The notes beneath the pieces are model-generated. The model saw only the letters and a list, made by a program, of their open reading frames with translations, did not search any database and was not told the origin of the DNA. From positions 18,168,001 through 18,232,000 of the forward strand of contig NW_024704742.1 in NCBI RefSeq assembly GCF_018977255.1: a stretch of 64,000 bases of DNA, written 5' to 3'. The DNA comes from Callorhinchus milii. Its lineage: Eukaryota. Positions 49,188 through 63,889 of the stretch are shown here, in pieces (position 1 is the stretch's first letter; each line of letters starts with the position of its first letter). The translations under genes were made by a program, and so were the position numbers.

Positions 49188-51516
49188 AAAACGCAAGGTG
49201 TTTCAGGACCTTATGATGAAACACAGGAAAGACGCACATTTTACAACATTTTGTTCAGTGAGGGGAGAGCTGCAAAAACACAGGTAGTTATTTCACTATT
49301 CAGTTTGAATTGAGTGATATTAATACTTAAGACCGGGAATTCATCCATCAGTTTGCTTAAAAACAAGTGAAATACAATGTAACAGAAAATTGCAGCACAG
49401 AAACAGGCCATTTGGCCCAAATAGACTTCTGTATTTTGTGCATTGTTTCCCTAACTTTTGCATATTTCAAACTTTACAAACATGCTTTATTTTTAAGCAG
49501 TATTCACATGCAAATTTTCAAATACCTAAAAATACACAAAAGGAGGCGTAATCAGTAAAATCTGAAAAGACCAATTTGTTGCAAAATGCTTGGCAATATG
49601 TAGTATGTATTCTTATCAGGTGGCAGAATGAAAGCATATGTAGGGATGAAAATTGCAATGTTTCATTGGTTAATTAACATCAATAGTGTAAAGCACATCC
49701 TTGAAAAATTGTGATCAATTCCACATCAATCTAATCTGTTTTGAGCGCTTGTAATGCCTCAATCATGCAATTCAATGCATGGCTTTGTGGCACAACCAAC
49801 GTAAACCACCTCCGGGAAAGGATGTGTGCTGCCTTGAGCAAACCCCAGATCAGGTGATAGTCAACATATTGATAGATCAGTTTTCTTCAACAATTGAGTA
49901 GCACTGTTGATGTTAACTCTCCAACTAATGACTAACCTCCAGGGTGGGGGAGGGGGCAGCGGGAGTCGAGGTGACGTAAGCAGGATAAGCAGGATCTTCT
50001 TGGAGCTGAACTGGGTCCAAAGTGCTCTAGACCCTACCCTGCATGGAGGGCGCTATATAAGTGCAAGTTGTTGTTATTGTTCTTGTTTGGCAATGGGATG
50101 TTAGAGTTGAGTCAACCTTTTGTGCTGGTCTCAACAATTTGGTTTCGCATTACTCCAGGGCACAACTGATGACAGACCAGCTGCCTGGCTCATAAGCAGG
50201 ATTTGGAGAGGCAACCCATTCACTGGGGAAGAAATGTTGTCACTCAGCTCCTATTAATCCTGCAAGCAAAGATAGGGTGATTGTAACTGGAAATCAGTGG
50301 GAAGCTTGACAGACAGTGCTTTCAATGGAAAAGTACACAGTTTTAGCTGGTTAGATTCCAGCAGTACCCCAACACACACTCTGGGCTACCCAGGTGTTGG
50401 CTCTTGGCAACCTGCACTTAATAATAATATTTGCATTTGATATAGCGCCTTATCATGTCTTCTAGATTTCACAAAGTGCTTTACAGACTATACTTTAAAG
50501 TGAATTGACTGTGTATTTTGTGGGTGAAACACCTTCTGAATTAAGTAAACATGGTGCTTCTCTCCATGGAGCGAATACTCGCTGTGTTCCAGGCATAGGG
50601 AAATTTAAATGTATCGGTAGAATACATATAAAAGCACACAGAATTTTACTATGAAGTGCAGTAAATGTGTATTTGTAGGCAAACATGGCAGTCAATTTGC
50701 ACACAGCAATGTCCATCAATAAAGTAAATGACCAATTGTAAGTGGGGGATTGTTGGCAGGACACAAGGAGAAACTCCCTTCTCTTTTTGAATAGTGTAGA
50801 ACTCTCAGTCTAGTTCAGTTACTCATAAGCTTGGTAATAATTTCGGCAAGTGTCAGACCAAACTTGTTGGACCAAACAAAATTAAAACCTGTTTCATGTC
50901 TCAACCCATCGTCTTACCTTTATGTTTAATTTGCACTGCATACTGAAATGAAATTCACAATCATAGAGAACTTCAGCTACCTCTCTCCAACCCTCCAACC
51001 CCATCCTGCTCAGAATCACATTCCATCTCTGTAAAGCACTTTGATAATGTTTTCCAATGTAAAAAACAAATTGACAAATTGTTGTGTTATAAAAATACAA
51101 CATCCAGCCATTGGAACTCTCCCTCCAACCCTTCTATTTCATCGAATCTCCTTCTGTCTTTTAATCCCACCTAAAAACTTACCTCTTCAACCTTAACCCC
51201 TCTTTGCTCGGCATCCACATGAAGCACTATACAGTAAGTTATTGTGCAAGATCTTGTGATTTTTCTAAAAAAAATCTGGATTTTCCAACACTGATTAATT
51301 AAGTTGTTGTGCACTTCCAGCATTTTCTGTATTTTATGCTATTCAGGTGTATAATAGCTTCACACTGAGAGTTCATTGAACCTAAGATCCTCAGGTATCT
51401 AATTAAATTTTTCTTTTCATAAAAATGGTAAACAAGTGAAACCGATTAACCAGAATAACAGTTAGGATCCCCTAATTTCCCACTGCAGTCCAAGAGATTC
51501 CAATTCATCCACCTGT

Positions 51517-51548
<32 letters not shown>

Positions 51549-51822
51549 CCTTGCATTTGATATAGTGCTTTTCACGTCAGGAGGATGTCCCAAAGCACTT
51601 GACAGAACACACTGTAAAGTGAATTGACTGTATACTTGTGGGCGAATGCGGCAGCCAATTCGTAGATTGAAAATGACCAATTTATTATTGTTTTGTTTTG
51701 GAGGGATTATTATTAGGCTCTGTGTGGAGTAAGGAAACTTGCCCAAGGTTTCGCCCTCTGCCTGGAATTGAACTCAGGTCTCTCGCTTGCAAAGCGAATG
51801 CTCTAACCACTGAGCTACAGGA
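51517..51822 (-). mobile_element. Young tRNA-SINE, short form, with ~25-bp internal deletion
   Basis: Near-identical to 4879-5200 (including 'cacagagccta') but lacks 'actgtttgtgggacattgctgtgcg'. Confidence 0.9.
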
Positions 51823-52729
51823 CAAGTTATGAGTTAACAGTGGTTTGACGGGCTGAGGTGTGCATCAATAATAAGATTTAAATTAGCAGCAATATAATTG
51901 CGGAGCCTTTTTTTTATTGGGGCAAGGTTGGATCAGTGATTTCCCATTTCTAATTTTTACTGGACCAGATTAACATTTGACTTTAGAAGCACAACTAAAC
52001 TCAGCGGAGCACTGAAAACGCTTACATAGAGCATTTGGTTCTTTGCCACTTATTTTGGGACTATTTCAATCAGCTCCTGGGGGATATCTTAACCCAATTC
52101 ACATTTATATTTTCTTCTATGAGCATCCTCCATCAATAAAGCAGTAACAACCTATTTATGCTAACTTTTCAATATCTACTGCCTATAATTATGAAGAATT
52201 CTTTTAATTCTAAACAGCTTTCATTTTGACCACAAGAAATTAACAAATGAGTCACGGAAACCCTAGTGTAATAATTCATTGACTAATTCTTCTGAAGCCA
52301 TCCCTTTCAACTAATTTCAAAGCAATTTTGTGAACTAAATGAGTTACTTTATAGAGTTATCCAAATGCTAATTGGCTTGAATAATATATGTGGGTGCACA
52401 AAATTGTAATTTATTAGTAATGTCTCTGTGTTTTGGTGCTTGTTATATCCTGTGGGATTTATATATTTTATGATACACCACAATAGGCTACAGGTTTATG
52501 ACTTCCTTTCACAAATACTAAGTTCTCATTACTATCAGTAGCTAGAGCCAAGTGGTGATCGAGCATTTAACTTGTCACAGAAAGAAAAAGCGTGGAGTGA
52601 GGTACTATATGCCTCTTTGTGTGCATCCTACAGCATGACATTGAAGGAAGTGTTGAATAGGTCTAATTCACTGTGGTGGTATGGTTCTAGTCCTATACAT
52701 TCTTGTACGTTTTTTCCTCCTGCCCCAGC

Positions 52730-54450
52730 CCGGTTACCTGCCGGCTACCCCAAGGCTCCATCCTTGGTCCTTTCTTTCTCAGTCCCACTGCCTCGCCCCC
52801 TCCCTTGCCTCCGTCAAGACCCTCCTCTTCGACCATGACTTCGGTCACCCTCCTTCCCCCCACCTGCCATTCACACTCTCTGATCCCAATCCCCAGCTCG
52901 GGTCCAAACATTGATTGCCCAGCGCCGTAGGATGTCCTCACGCTATACAAATATAAAGGCGCTACACAAATGTAATTTTGTTGTTGTTCTTTTCCTTATC
53001 TATATGCACCCTCTCGGTTATGTCATCCGCAGACATGAGATAAACTTCCATATGTATGTGGATGACACCCAAATCTACTTCCTCTCCTCCAGCTGCAGCT
53101 CCCAGTCCGCTGATATCGTCAGCTTGTTTGACGGACATCAACGCCTGGATGAGTGCAAATTTCCTGCTGCTGAATGTCCGCAAGACAGGAGCCTTATTCC
53201 TTGGCTCCTGTCAACATCTTCTCTCCTGTGGATTTGAACTCCTCAACCTCCCCGGCTCTCCCTCAGACTTGCTGAAACCATGTGCAATTTAGGCGTCAGG
53301 TTCTATTCCCAGCTTTTCTTTCTACCCCACATCCGTTCCCTGCCACTCACCTCCACTGGCTCCCCATCTCCCAGAGGATCGAATTCAAGATCCTCATCCT
53401 CACCTACAAGGCCATTCACGGCCTTGCTCCCTCCTACCTCTGACCTACTATCCCCCTACATACCTGCCCGTACCCTCCATTTCTCTGGCTCCGGTCTGCT
53501 CCACATCCTCCGCCTTAACCACCCTACCATCGGTGGCCGGGCCTTCAGTCTCTCAGCCCCTAGGCTCTGGAACTCCACCCCCCAGTGCCTTCGCCGCCTC
53601 CTCCCTTTCCTCCTTCAAGGCCGGTCTCAAGATTTTTCTTTTCGACCATGCCTTCAGCTCCCCTCTCGACTCTCTACCCCCTCCTCGCTTCCTCCCTTCC
53701 CTCCCCCTGACCATTTCCCCCTGCTCGTGTCCCAACCCAACTGTCCAGCGCCTTGGGACGTCCTCCCGACGTGAAAGGCGCTCTATGAATGAAATCTTGT
53801 TGTTTTTTCACCTCCGTCACATTGCCCGCCTCCGTCCATACCTCACAACTACTGCTGCCAAAACCCTCGTCCATGCCTTCGTCACTTCCCGGCTGGACTA
53901 TTCCAATGCTCTCCTCACTGGTCTCCCCAGCTCCACCATACACAAAATTCAATTCATAGTAATAATAATTCAAAACTCTGTTGCCCGGATACTCACCAGC
54001 ACAAACCTCCGTACCCCCATCACAGCCATCCCTTGCCAGGCTCCACTGGCTCCCAATCACCGAACAGCTTGTTTTGAAGATCCTCTCACTCGTTTTCAAA
54101 ACCCTTCATGACCTTGTACCTCCCTACCTATCCGATCTACTAACCCCCCACTCCACCACCCGCTGCCTCTGCTCAGCTGGCTCTGGCCTGCTGCTTGTTC
54201 CTTGTCCCCTCCCCTCCACCAGCAGTGGCCGTGCTTTCAGACACTACTCCCTGAAACTCTGGAACTCTCTCCATCAATCCCTCCGCCTTGCTCTCTCACT
54301 TCACACTTTCAAATTCCTTTTAGATCGTACTTACGGTCATGTCCCACCCCCCTCTCTCACCCCCAGCTCGGTGTCAGACTCCAACACTGTCAAGCGCTCC
54401 AGGATGATACCCTGCGTGAAAGGCACTATATCAATGGAAGTTGTTGTTGT
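52730..54450 (+). mobile_element. L2 RT/3' region interrupted by two same-orientation L2 3' ends (about 52780-52988 and 53341-53803)
   Basis: 'PQGSILGPFF' | insert | 'FLIYMHPLG...FHMYVDDTQIY...FLPHIRSL' | insert | 'FFHLRHIARLRPYL...HAFVTSRLDYSN...' through to the tail. Confidence 0.85.
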
Positions 54451-54649
54451 TATACTTCCTCATAACAGGGATGGGTGTTGACCTAGGATATAAAGACTCA
54501 GAAGAGAGGAATGGGTGAAATTAAAGTCAAATTGGTGTTATTTACATCTAGAATAGTGGGAAACTCTACAAAGTGACATAGTTGATTGTTATACAAGTCA
54601 GGTCTACATCTAGTGAATAACAGTATTGAGCTCATACCATGGAAAAGAT

Positions 54650-55300
54650 CATAGAGAGAGACACAAGTGAAGAGACACTTCAGCAGTAGCAGTTACCAAA
54701 TGACTTTAGTGCCCTGGCCTTTACCCTCCAGCTGTTGATTACCCTCTGTGTAAATAAATGCTTCCCAGTTTCTGAACTAAAATTGCCCTACAGAAATTTG
54801 AACCATACCTCCTTTTCCTGCACCTTAGAGTATCTGGATCTACTTTCTCATATTTGATGCCTTACATACATCTATAAGTTCTCTGAGATGCCTATTTTCA
54901 AAGTTGAAAATGCCTACTTTATCCAATTGTTCTTCATAGCGTATTACTCTAACACTGTGGATCATCCATATTGCTCTTGTCGGCAATGCCTTTAGGGCTT
55001 GTGCAGCCCTTTGTGTCATACCACACAGTCCAGGGCTAAACTCTGATCGTTTTTCATAGTGTTTTAGAGCATGGAAATTTTGGACAATTCGTAAATCCAG
55101 CATTAAGTTTGAAGCTGTTTTTCTGTACTTCTTAAAAGGACCCACTAAACTGGCTCCAATATTATGTCACAATTAAAGACTTGTTCCAAATTTACAAATG
55201 CTAAGAAAAAGTCTAAGTGTAGACCCTGGTGGAATTCATTTCCTAATCAGTGCACTGAACAATGTGAATGTGACATGACCATTCAAATCAAGAATTAACA
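54650..55300 (-). mobile_element. Very old CR1 3' fragment
   Basis: Minus-strand 'RAIWMI...YEEQLDKVGIFNFENRHLRELIDVCK', resembling CR1 'YEERL..LGLFSLE.RRLRGDLI.VYK'. Confidence 0.55.
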
Positions 55301-58300
55301 AATTATAAGAATGGCAATTAGAAATATTGATTTGTTTCTTCAATGTGAGTTACAGTTATGGACTATTAAAAGGGTTGGACTATCTCCAGTACTATACCAG
55401 GGATATTCTGGTAGTAATAAAAGTGACAAATCTTTCAACACCAGCAATCACTACCATTACAGTGCTGTTCATAATGTATCGCTATGATAGCCCTACAGAA
55501 GTAAATTTTGTTCAAATTCCTTGTCAGACTGATCTGTTTCAAGTGCACGTAACACAATTATGTGCATGAATGATTATTCTGTAAGGTTTGATGTGTACAA
55601 TAATCAATCTTCTATTTCCAGACTGTCACTATCACTATCGGATGAAAAAATGTGATGTGTGATGCTATCACAATGGGGATGTTCTGCTCCTAGAGATGTC
55701 CTCCTCACCAATTTTGTTTGCAAAGGTTTGCTGGAGTGCTTGCAAGGAGATCAGACTTGTTAAGGTCCACTCTTCTATTGTTACAGCTAATGATTGTTAG
55801 CATTTGTTTTATGAGTCAGATTTGACCATGTGCAACTGGGAAAAATCTTATGTTTCTATTAGGCAATGTACGTTGCTAAGCATAAGAACAAACTCACACC
55901 TCCATACAACTGCTTGAAAGTACCAAATTCTGGTGCAAGTATGATATTTCCTTCAGTAATGAAACATCTGAATTCTCACTATATTAATAACCCTGGCTTT
56001 ATAGTCAACTTGTTCATTTGAAATGTAAGAGCACAAGAAAGCGCAGACTGTGAAAAGGCCCATCAAGTGGTTTACTTGCACAAAACCGACCTTAGACCTT
56101 AGATTCCCACCTCTCATTCCAGCTCCTTGGGGGAAATTCATAAATACTCCCAGATCACCAAAAGGAAAGCAAGCAAACACTGCAGAATATTCATGAATCC
56201 ATATCTCTCCAATTCAAACCTGGACTCTTTCCCTTCTATCCACATTAAGGTTAGGGTTCTTCATATCAGAGGGAGGATTTCTTCATCTCCTCCATTCTTA
56301 TATTGTCCAATACTAATCCAAAGCAACTATTTGTCCCCTTCCTTCTTAATAAGATGTTAATGGACATAGTATTGATTGCTTTTTGGGGGAGTCTATTCTT
56401 CTATTCGAACTGCTCTCTTGGAAAAACTTGTTTAAAATCCTAAAGGTCTCACTTCAGGCTTTTTCTTCTCTCACATTGTTGGTCAAATAATTAGCTTTAA
56501 TCTACATCATCTCATTGTTTAAAAAATCTGGGTTATTCTTCTCACCTTTCCATATCCAATGATATGCACTGTAAGTTTCCTGTAATAAACACAACATCAA
56601 ATATGATAAAAAAAATAATTTTATTCTACTTTTTAAATGTGTGGATTTACCACATAAATCTATCAACATTTCTATCTTATTGGGCTTAATATCTAATGGA
56701 GAAATTCATTGTTAAATCATAAAATTCCAGGTGTCTAACACAAAGAAATCTAACGCCACGTTAAAGTGTTCCCATCCCACTCCACATAGTGTTTCCCATT
56801 CCACATAGAGTTTCACATAGATGTAGCATTTTCCCTTTGTCTTAGATGGAATGCATTCTCTCTCAGGAGGGACACACCTGTCTACTTACTTCATCCCAGA
56901 GACATAAGGCACAGGTTGGTAAGAGCAAAGGCTTGGGAACCCTAGAGAGTGTCTGGGGTACTCCCGGAGTTTAACCAGCAGCAGTGACAAGCTTTATGTT
57001 ATTGTGGTTACATTTCATAATAGACAATTCTGAAATTGTTCATAATCATTTATTTTATTTCATTGAAATGAGGTTCGATGAATTGTAAATAGGCCATTTT
57101 TATTTGCTGTAAACTATTATAATCCTGGTCCAATTGCAAAATTTATCAGGAAAGTAGTTCTAGTTCGATTAGCATTCATCTGTAATAGTCGATACATAAT
57201 ATATTGTAAGGCAGTTGTTTACTTTGAAATAAAACACAACGTTTTTGGTGCAGGCTGCCCTGGGGATAATATTTTTTCAATTGTTACAGCCCCTGAACCC
57301 AAGTTATTTATAATTCCTTTGTGTTAATGCATTCATACATTATTCATTCACAGCAATTTCCCACTTTGCACATTTGCAAGATGGAACACATTCTTCTTGT
57401 AACAAATTTACAGCATGTCATTCAGATTTATTCCAAATGTGCTACGCAGATTAAGTTATGGTCAAAGCTGAAAACTCGGGGTTGATAGCTTTTGCAATGC
57501 TACAAGCTCTCACATTGCTATGATTTGTTGATATATTTATGATATATATAGAAGATTTCCAATGCCTGTATTTCATTATATTTAAATGAATTGAAATGTT
57601 ATTTTTTTTTAAACCTACACCTTGATCTTAAGAACCTGTAATCTACACACGTTAAGGAACATGCTTTATGAAATGGAATGTATTGTTAGCATTAGCAATA
57701 ATGGACAGTGTTCTGGCACAATCTGTTTAGCTTTCTGCTTCAGTGATGCATTGTTTCAGACTAAATTATGGTGTGACAGACCCTGAAAATATCATGGCCT
57801 TTCTTGGAACACTCAGGAAAATTATGGCTCTGTTGTTTTTTATGATAGTAAAATTATTCCGAATGCTGGAAGGTTTTTCTGTGCGAGAGTAATTGTATGG
57901 TGCAAATGATTCCATTTGAGCATAATTGTCCCACATAACTTTTGTAATTCTGCATGGTCGAGGTTTTGTGTGAAGAATCTGTATATGAAAGGATTGTCCA
58001 CATGTGTAATACTAATTGTTGATACTATACACTAAAACTGCAGCTGCCAGGACGAATGGGGGGGGTAGATCCAGTCTGGCGAGTCGGAATTTTCAGCTAA
58101 GTGTAATTCCAATGTCGTTTACTGTCGTTTACAGCATTTACCGTCTTATTTCAGCACTGGCTTTTTTCAGCACTGAAAAATGATGGCCATTGCTAGTACT
58201 GGCATTATAATGCAACAACAACAACTTGGATTTATATAACGCCCTCCATGCCGGGTGGCGTCTCAGAGCGCTTAATAGTTCGAATCCCTTGAGCAGACGA

Positions 58301-58937
58301 TAATGAATAAGTTGTTCGGGCTTCAACCTGAGTCAAAGTCAATAACCCTGGCCACTCAAAGAAAGCAAGCTCGGTGAGACGGGGACATGAGCTAAGAAAC
58401 CAAGACTGAGTCTACAAGTAGGCCTGCGGATTTTTTAAAAAAAATTCTGCTTTTAAAAAATTTGGGCTGGTTCGGTACGAAATCCAGACACCTGGAGTCT
58501 GGTAAGCAGTTTACTGCAGTTGCTTTTGCAATGCATGCGATCTATTCAGTAACTTCCACAATTGTTATAGCGGCTATAAAGTTTAGACAAAGGCAACTCT
58601 TTCTTTCATAACCAGTTGTACCCAGAGAAGGCTTGGGAGGCCTGGGTTTCTTTCTAACTATTTTGTTTTTTGTTCGATGGATTCCCTGGAACCGTGTGAA
58701 TTATCAGTTTTGCCACCCCCAGTAATGCAGCTCTCACTTTTGTGTATTTCCTGATGTGAAAACCAGGAACGTTTTGCACTGTAATATTTTATACCTAGAG
58801 CTGAGAGGTTTGGAATTCTAGCTGCAGAGGAGCATGGATTCGTTTTAGTGGAATCTGCATTGCTTTTACTCATCAAATGCTGTAAAATAACTTTATAAAG
58901 TTGTTTGTAAGAATGGCCATAAAGGTTAAAGTTTATT

Positions 58938-59245
58938 CTGTAGCTCAGTGGGTAGAGCACTCGCTTTGCAAGCCAGAGACCTGAGTTCAATTCCAGGCAG
59001 AGGGCGAAACCTTGGGCAAGTTTCCTTACTCCACACACCTAATAATAATCCCTCCAAAACCAAAACCAATAATAAATTAGTCATTTTCAATCTACGACTG
59101 TTTGTTGGACATTGCTGTGCGCAATTGGCTGCCGCGTTCGCCCACAAATATACAGTCAATTCACTTTACAGTGTGTTCTGTGAAGCGCTTTGGGACATCC
59201 TCCCGACTTGAAAAGAGCTATATCAAATGCAAGGATTATTATTCT
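58938..59245 (+). mobile_element. Young tRNA-SINE, short form (CTCCC loop)
   Basis: Near-identical to 4879-5200. Confidence 0.9.
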
Positions 59246-59589
59246 TATTATTGTTATTCTGCATTTTTTAAAATAATGTTCATATTTTACCAAATCTGTA
59301 CAATTATAACTAAAATTATATTAATTTCTCTATGTGGAACAATGAGATCTTTCTAACAAAATGGTGGCTGCTACTCCAAAATGGAGATGCTATGGAATAT
59401 TTTGTAGCCAAATTGGCTATTGGAGTTGCAACAAGTAGTGCATAACAGGGCGTAATAGGGCTGCTAAATGTTGCACACGCTCCAGGTAATATAATGGAGA
59501 ATTATGCAGACTTACTCAAAGTGTGGTGAATACCCCCAAAGAAAGGGTTGGGACCTGTCAAACAGGAAACGTTTCAGCATAGGATCCAA

Positions 59590-59885
59590 AAATCTCTTCT
59601 CAAGTTCAAGATCATTGTCCTCCTCTTCAAAGCTCTCCATAGCCTTGTTCCTCCCTATTTTTGTCATCTAATAAAACTTTATCAACTTGTCTGTTCCCTC
59701 TGCTCTGCAGGCACTGGCCTGCGTCCCCATTCCCCACCTCGCCTGCTCCAATATTGGTGGTCAGGCCTACAGCCTTTCTGCCACCACCCTCTGGAACTCC
59801 ATCCCAGAGTCCCTCCGTCCACCCCACTCCCTTACCTCCTTCAAAGCCTGTCTCAAGACTTTCCTTTTCATCTGTGCCTATTGCT
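59590..59885 (+). mobile_element. L2 3' fragment
   Basis: 'FKIIVLLFKALHSLVPPY' and 'IGGQAYSLSATTLWNSIP'. Confidence 0.75.
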
Positions 59886-62843
59886 GATCGCTGTCGAACA
59901 ACCCCTCTTGGAGTTGTGGTGGTGAACTAATAGCTGAATAATCTGGTGACCCTGCCAAGGCTCACACATGAACAACATTCACTTGGGCAAGATACGCAAG
60001 GATGACTGGTACTCAGAACACTATACCCCAGTAGAACAGAAAAAGTTACAAACATTTAACAGAGGAAGGAAAATTGATAGACAAAATGGCAATGATAATA
60101 AAACATATGAAAAGTATGGTGTTTGACCAAATATGCCAGTCTGGTGCATTTACCTATTCTGATTTACATCATAGACAAACTAATTATAAAATTTATAAAG
60201 CCCAGATATCAGCTTACGCCTGATCACACTAGCTCAAAAATATGCAGAGGAAAGCGTGTTTGCACTTAAAGTTCAGGGCCAATGTATGTGAATTATATTG
60301 GACATGGTGCTTGAAATTCAGATTGCAAGTAGTAACTTTTTAAAATAAGTTTTCAGCATTGTAGTTTCAAACATAACAACCCTGAGAGAGAAGACCTATT
60401 AGAATTATTATGATTCGGACAGTTAACATTATCAGACGCATTGCTAAAAATCAAACTCTCCAATTATCACTGATTTTACATGACATGTTAATACCAAAAG
60501 TCCTGCTGCTAACTGAATATAAACCACCAGGTCTAAGTGACCTGAAGCCAAAGTAACAAGAATAATGACTACAGAGCAGAGCATAAAAGATAGTTACAAA
60601 AAGAAAAAGAACATTGCAGTTTAACGGTACTGTACATCTGATGTTGTGGATCTGCCAGAAGCCAAGGGAAGGTTGTTTTATGTGATAGAAACCTCATTAC
60701 TTTTAGACTACCAGCAAGGAATGATGCACATCTTGCAGTAAATTCAGCCACTGAGTATCAGTTTGACATAGCTTGAAATTCAATAAAATCTGTTCAGTGC
60801 ATCCAAGGAGTACATGGTTTAGCTAAATTACAATCATGGGGTTTTTTGTAATACATAATCGTTGATGCTCTGGGAAGGAAACAGGCTAGATCCCTGATCA
60901 ACAATCTGGAAAGATAACTGAGATTTGAACTATGAAGGGAATTTCAATGAACTTAATCATGCACGATATTTATATTTCTAATTAAAACCATATGTTTGAT
61001 TTTTGTATCAAGTTTTTCCACTATTGCCTAATTGCAGCAAACATTAGGCTAACATGCAACTCAATGTTCTGCTCGTTCTGCTCAGTGAATGATAAGTAAA
61101 ATGTTTAATCCTTAGCTAATTTGATGCATAGTTATATAAAATGTTATGCAGTTTAAATATTTCATCGGAAAAATAAACACAATATTAATTTTTGATGCTG
61201 GCAAATGACCTGAGGGGAAAAATTAAATTACGTTACCAAATTCTTCATTCTTCAGTTTTAACTCAATATAATAGTTCAATATGGATTACAGTTACAACAT
61301 GAAGGCTACATATTGATTGTAGCCAATACTATTTATTTATAATTGTTAAAAAATTCTGACAATTTATTCATTATTCCACGAGTATTCAGCGCTATATAGA
61401 CGTGCACATCCCAAAACAATACACAAATAGGATTTTAAAGGGAACCTATGTGAAATGTGCAATATAAGTTATTGTATACTGAGGTATTTTATTGTAAGAA
61501 TCTGCTCCCATCCTTGCTGGAAGTCATTGTAAATTAAAAGAAAACAAGTTTAAAAGGCTTCCTTTTGCAATGACAGTATGTGGCTAAAATTTCATTTAAT
61601 TTCCCTTCATTGCTTGGCTCTATATAACAACAGCAAAACAACCAAAAGAATCCCAGAGGGTTACCTCTGGATTTTAAAATTATAAAATCATATATGTTCA
61701 AACCCAATTAATTAAATTAGAAAGTAATGAATATTAAAGGATGCTAAAACTATGTAGGCTTATTCTGCTTTGTAGCAAATTCCACATTGTGGATTACAGG
61801 CTGTTTTTCTCCTTCAGCTAGCATTCATAACTTTGTCTTCATGTAACTAAAAATAAATATAGCACAATTTTAAAAGTATAATTTTGTTCTGCTTTCATAA
61901 TGTTACATTCCCCTACAAGCCTGATCTCATCTGATGGAGACTCATACCCCACTGCTTTGCAGCGCTCAATGCTCTACAGTGTAGAACTGGGTGCTTCTCC
62001 AGTAAGCCAGGACTTAAAGTTGTTTAGGAAATTCGTCTCCAAGAGTGATTTTCCTAAATTGCGTTACCGTGCTCTCGATATGGGTGCAGAGGCGGCTCAA
62101 CCTACACCTGTGAGCAGTCCTTTTCCACCATGAACTTCCTAAGAAATCAGTAGCATTCCAAATTAACAAACTAACTAATAATCTTCTAGAGGAGTGCTCA
62201 AAACTGAATCCAAATATTGAAGATATCATAAACAAAAAAAGAATTCAGAAGCTTCATTAAGTAACGTGTTTGATATTCTATTGTGAATTTCTTAATAAAT
62301 GCATCTTTCTTTTACAGTAATATTTTTTCTTTTCAATTTTATTATGTTTTTTTTCAGTGGTATGGCGTTCTGTCTTTGACTCACACTGTGGCACACCTTT
62401 GCAAAAGGTTGGCCACCACTGAACTACACCAATTGGACACCCACTAAGATTGCATCTGCAATAGATAGAAACCAAATACTGCATAATACTGCCGCAAATC
62501 CTAACACCAAGCTTACAGATATCACCATTCTGCATTCAGTGATTTATTTCTCCAGGAATCCAATTCATTTTACGCTAGGTCTTTAAAACGCTGAGAGACT
62601 CATATGTTGCAATAAGCAGACTCTGAGTGTACAAGGCAGACGATTGGGACCAAACAAATGAACAAATAGACCTTACTCAGAGAATTATATGCTCCACAGT
62701 CCGAACATTTACAAACCTCAAGCAAGGCAAGAGATTAAAAGATGATTTATTTTCACATAGATTAGTGAATACGCTCGACAAATTCCCAGAAAAGCAATAA
62801 ATGTTGTGTTGTTGATTTGGAAAAGTACTGGATGAAGCTGAAG

Positions 62844-62944
62844 TTCTGACAAAAGGTCATTGACCTCATACGTTAACTCACTTTCCTCTCTCGATAGATG
62901 CTGCCTGATCTGCTGAGTGTTTCCAGCGACTTCTGTTTTTATTG
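62844..62944 (+). mobile_element. Terminal fragment of a common chondrichthyan repeat (Penelope-like)
   Basis: 'tctgacaaaaggtcattgacc..a.acgttaactc...gatgctgcctgatctgctgagtgtttccagcgacttctgtttttatt' matches a motif I recall from shark genomes; the class assignment is uncertain. Confidence 0.5.
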
Positions 62945-63889
62945 GAGAAAATATTGGCAGTTATATATAGGGATGGTATCAACATAGGTGGAGGATAATT
63001 AAGTCATAGGAGATAACTGCCTTTGTGCTACTGAGTTTGAGGGATGTTTTCTGTGGAGAGTTTCTGACCAAGATTGAATCAGGAACACACAGATATGGAA
63101 AGTCCTGGCCTGCAGCAAAATCTATGAGAGGATAACCTTTTGAATCAGTGGATTTTGATGAGTCAAATGTGTTTTTCTCTTTTCATGATTTTTAAATTTT
63201 ATTTTATTTATCCCATTAAGGTCTTTGCTGCATAAACAATCCTGACATTTGATATTCACGTCAGCAAAACATCTTAGAGTGAGTGCTTCATAGGATTTTT
63301 ACTGTAAAGTGTGGTGACTGTATATTCCTAGCCTACATGTGAAATAATCAACATTTATTATTTGGATGTGAAAATGTTGCTGTGAAAATGTACAAGATAA
63401 AATTAGAAAACCAGAGAGTCATGGACCAATATAAACAGCTGGAAATGTGCTATTATCTTTACATTTGCATAATTTAAACAGGATGAAGTACTCTGATTCA
63501 TAATTGATTCTAAAATAATGTGATGTTAAGCTCAATTAAGAATAGAACCTTTTCCCTTCAGTGAATTTTCATTAAAAAAATCAACCTATGATTTGAAAAT
63601 TAATTGTCTGTTTGGTTCTCTAGTTTTAAAAATATTCCTAGAACCAATATTTTGCAACATGAAAAATGAGATACTGTATATTTAAAGAAACATTTGAGCA
63701 TCATAGAAAAGACTCAGTTATTTTATCAGATATATATATTTCTTATACTGGTTAATATTACAAGAGCCAATGAAACAAGTAACACAGGCCATAAAATGGT
63801 GATTTTGTAGTATTATTGGTTTGCATTCTGAGGCATGAATATAAAATAAAAGGTAGTGGAGTAAATACTTGGATCTCAGCTTGCCTCTT

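Noticed and set aside
55330..56590. Purine-rich minus-strand stretch after an acceptor-like 'tttattacag', a possible decayed exon or pseudogene
   Set aside because: Multiple stops in the frames I read, and no protein family recognised by eye.
61880..62140. Relatively GC-rich patch with a 77-aa plus-strand ORF and an acceptor-like 'ttcttag' on the minus strand
   Set aside because: No recognisable homology in any frame, the minus-strand frames contain stops, and I found no partner exons. BLASTX or RNA-seq would be needed.
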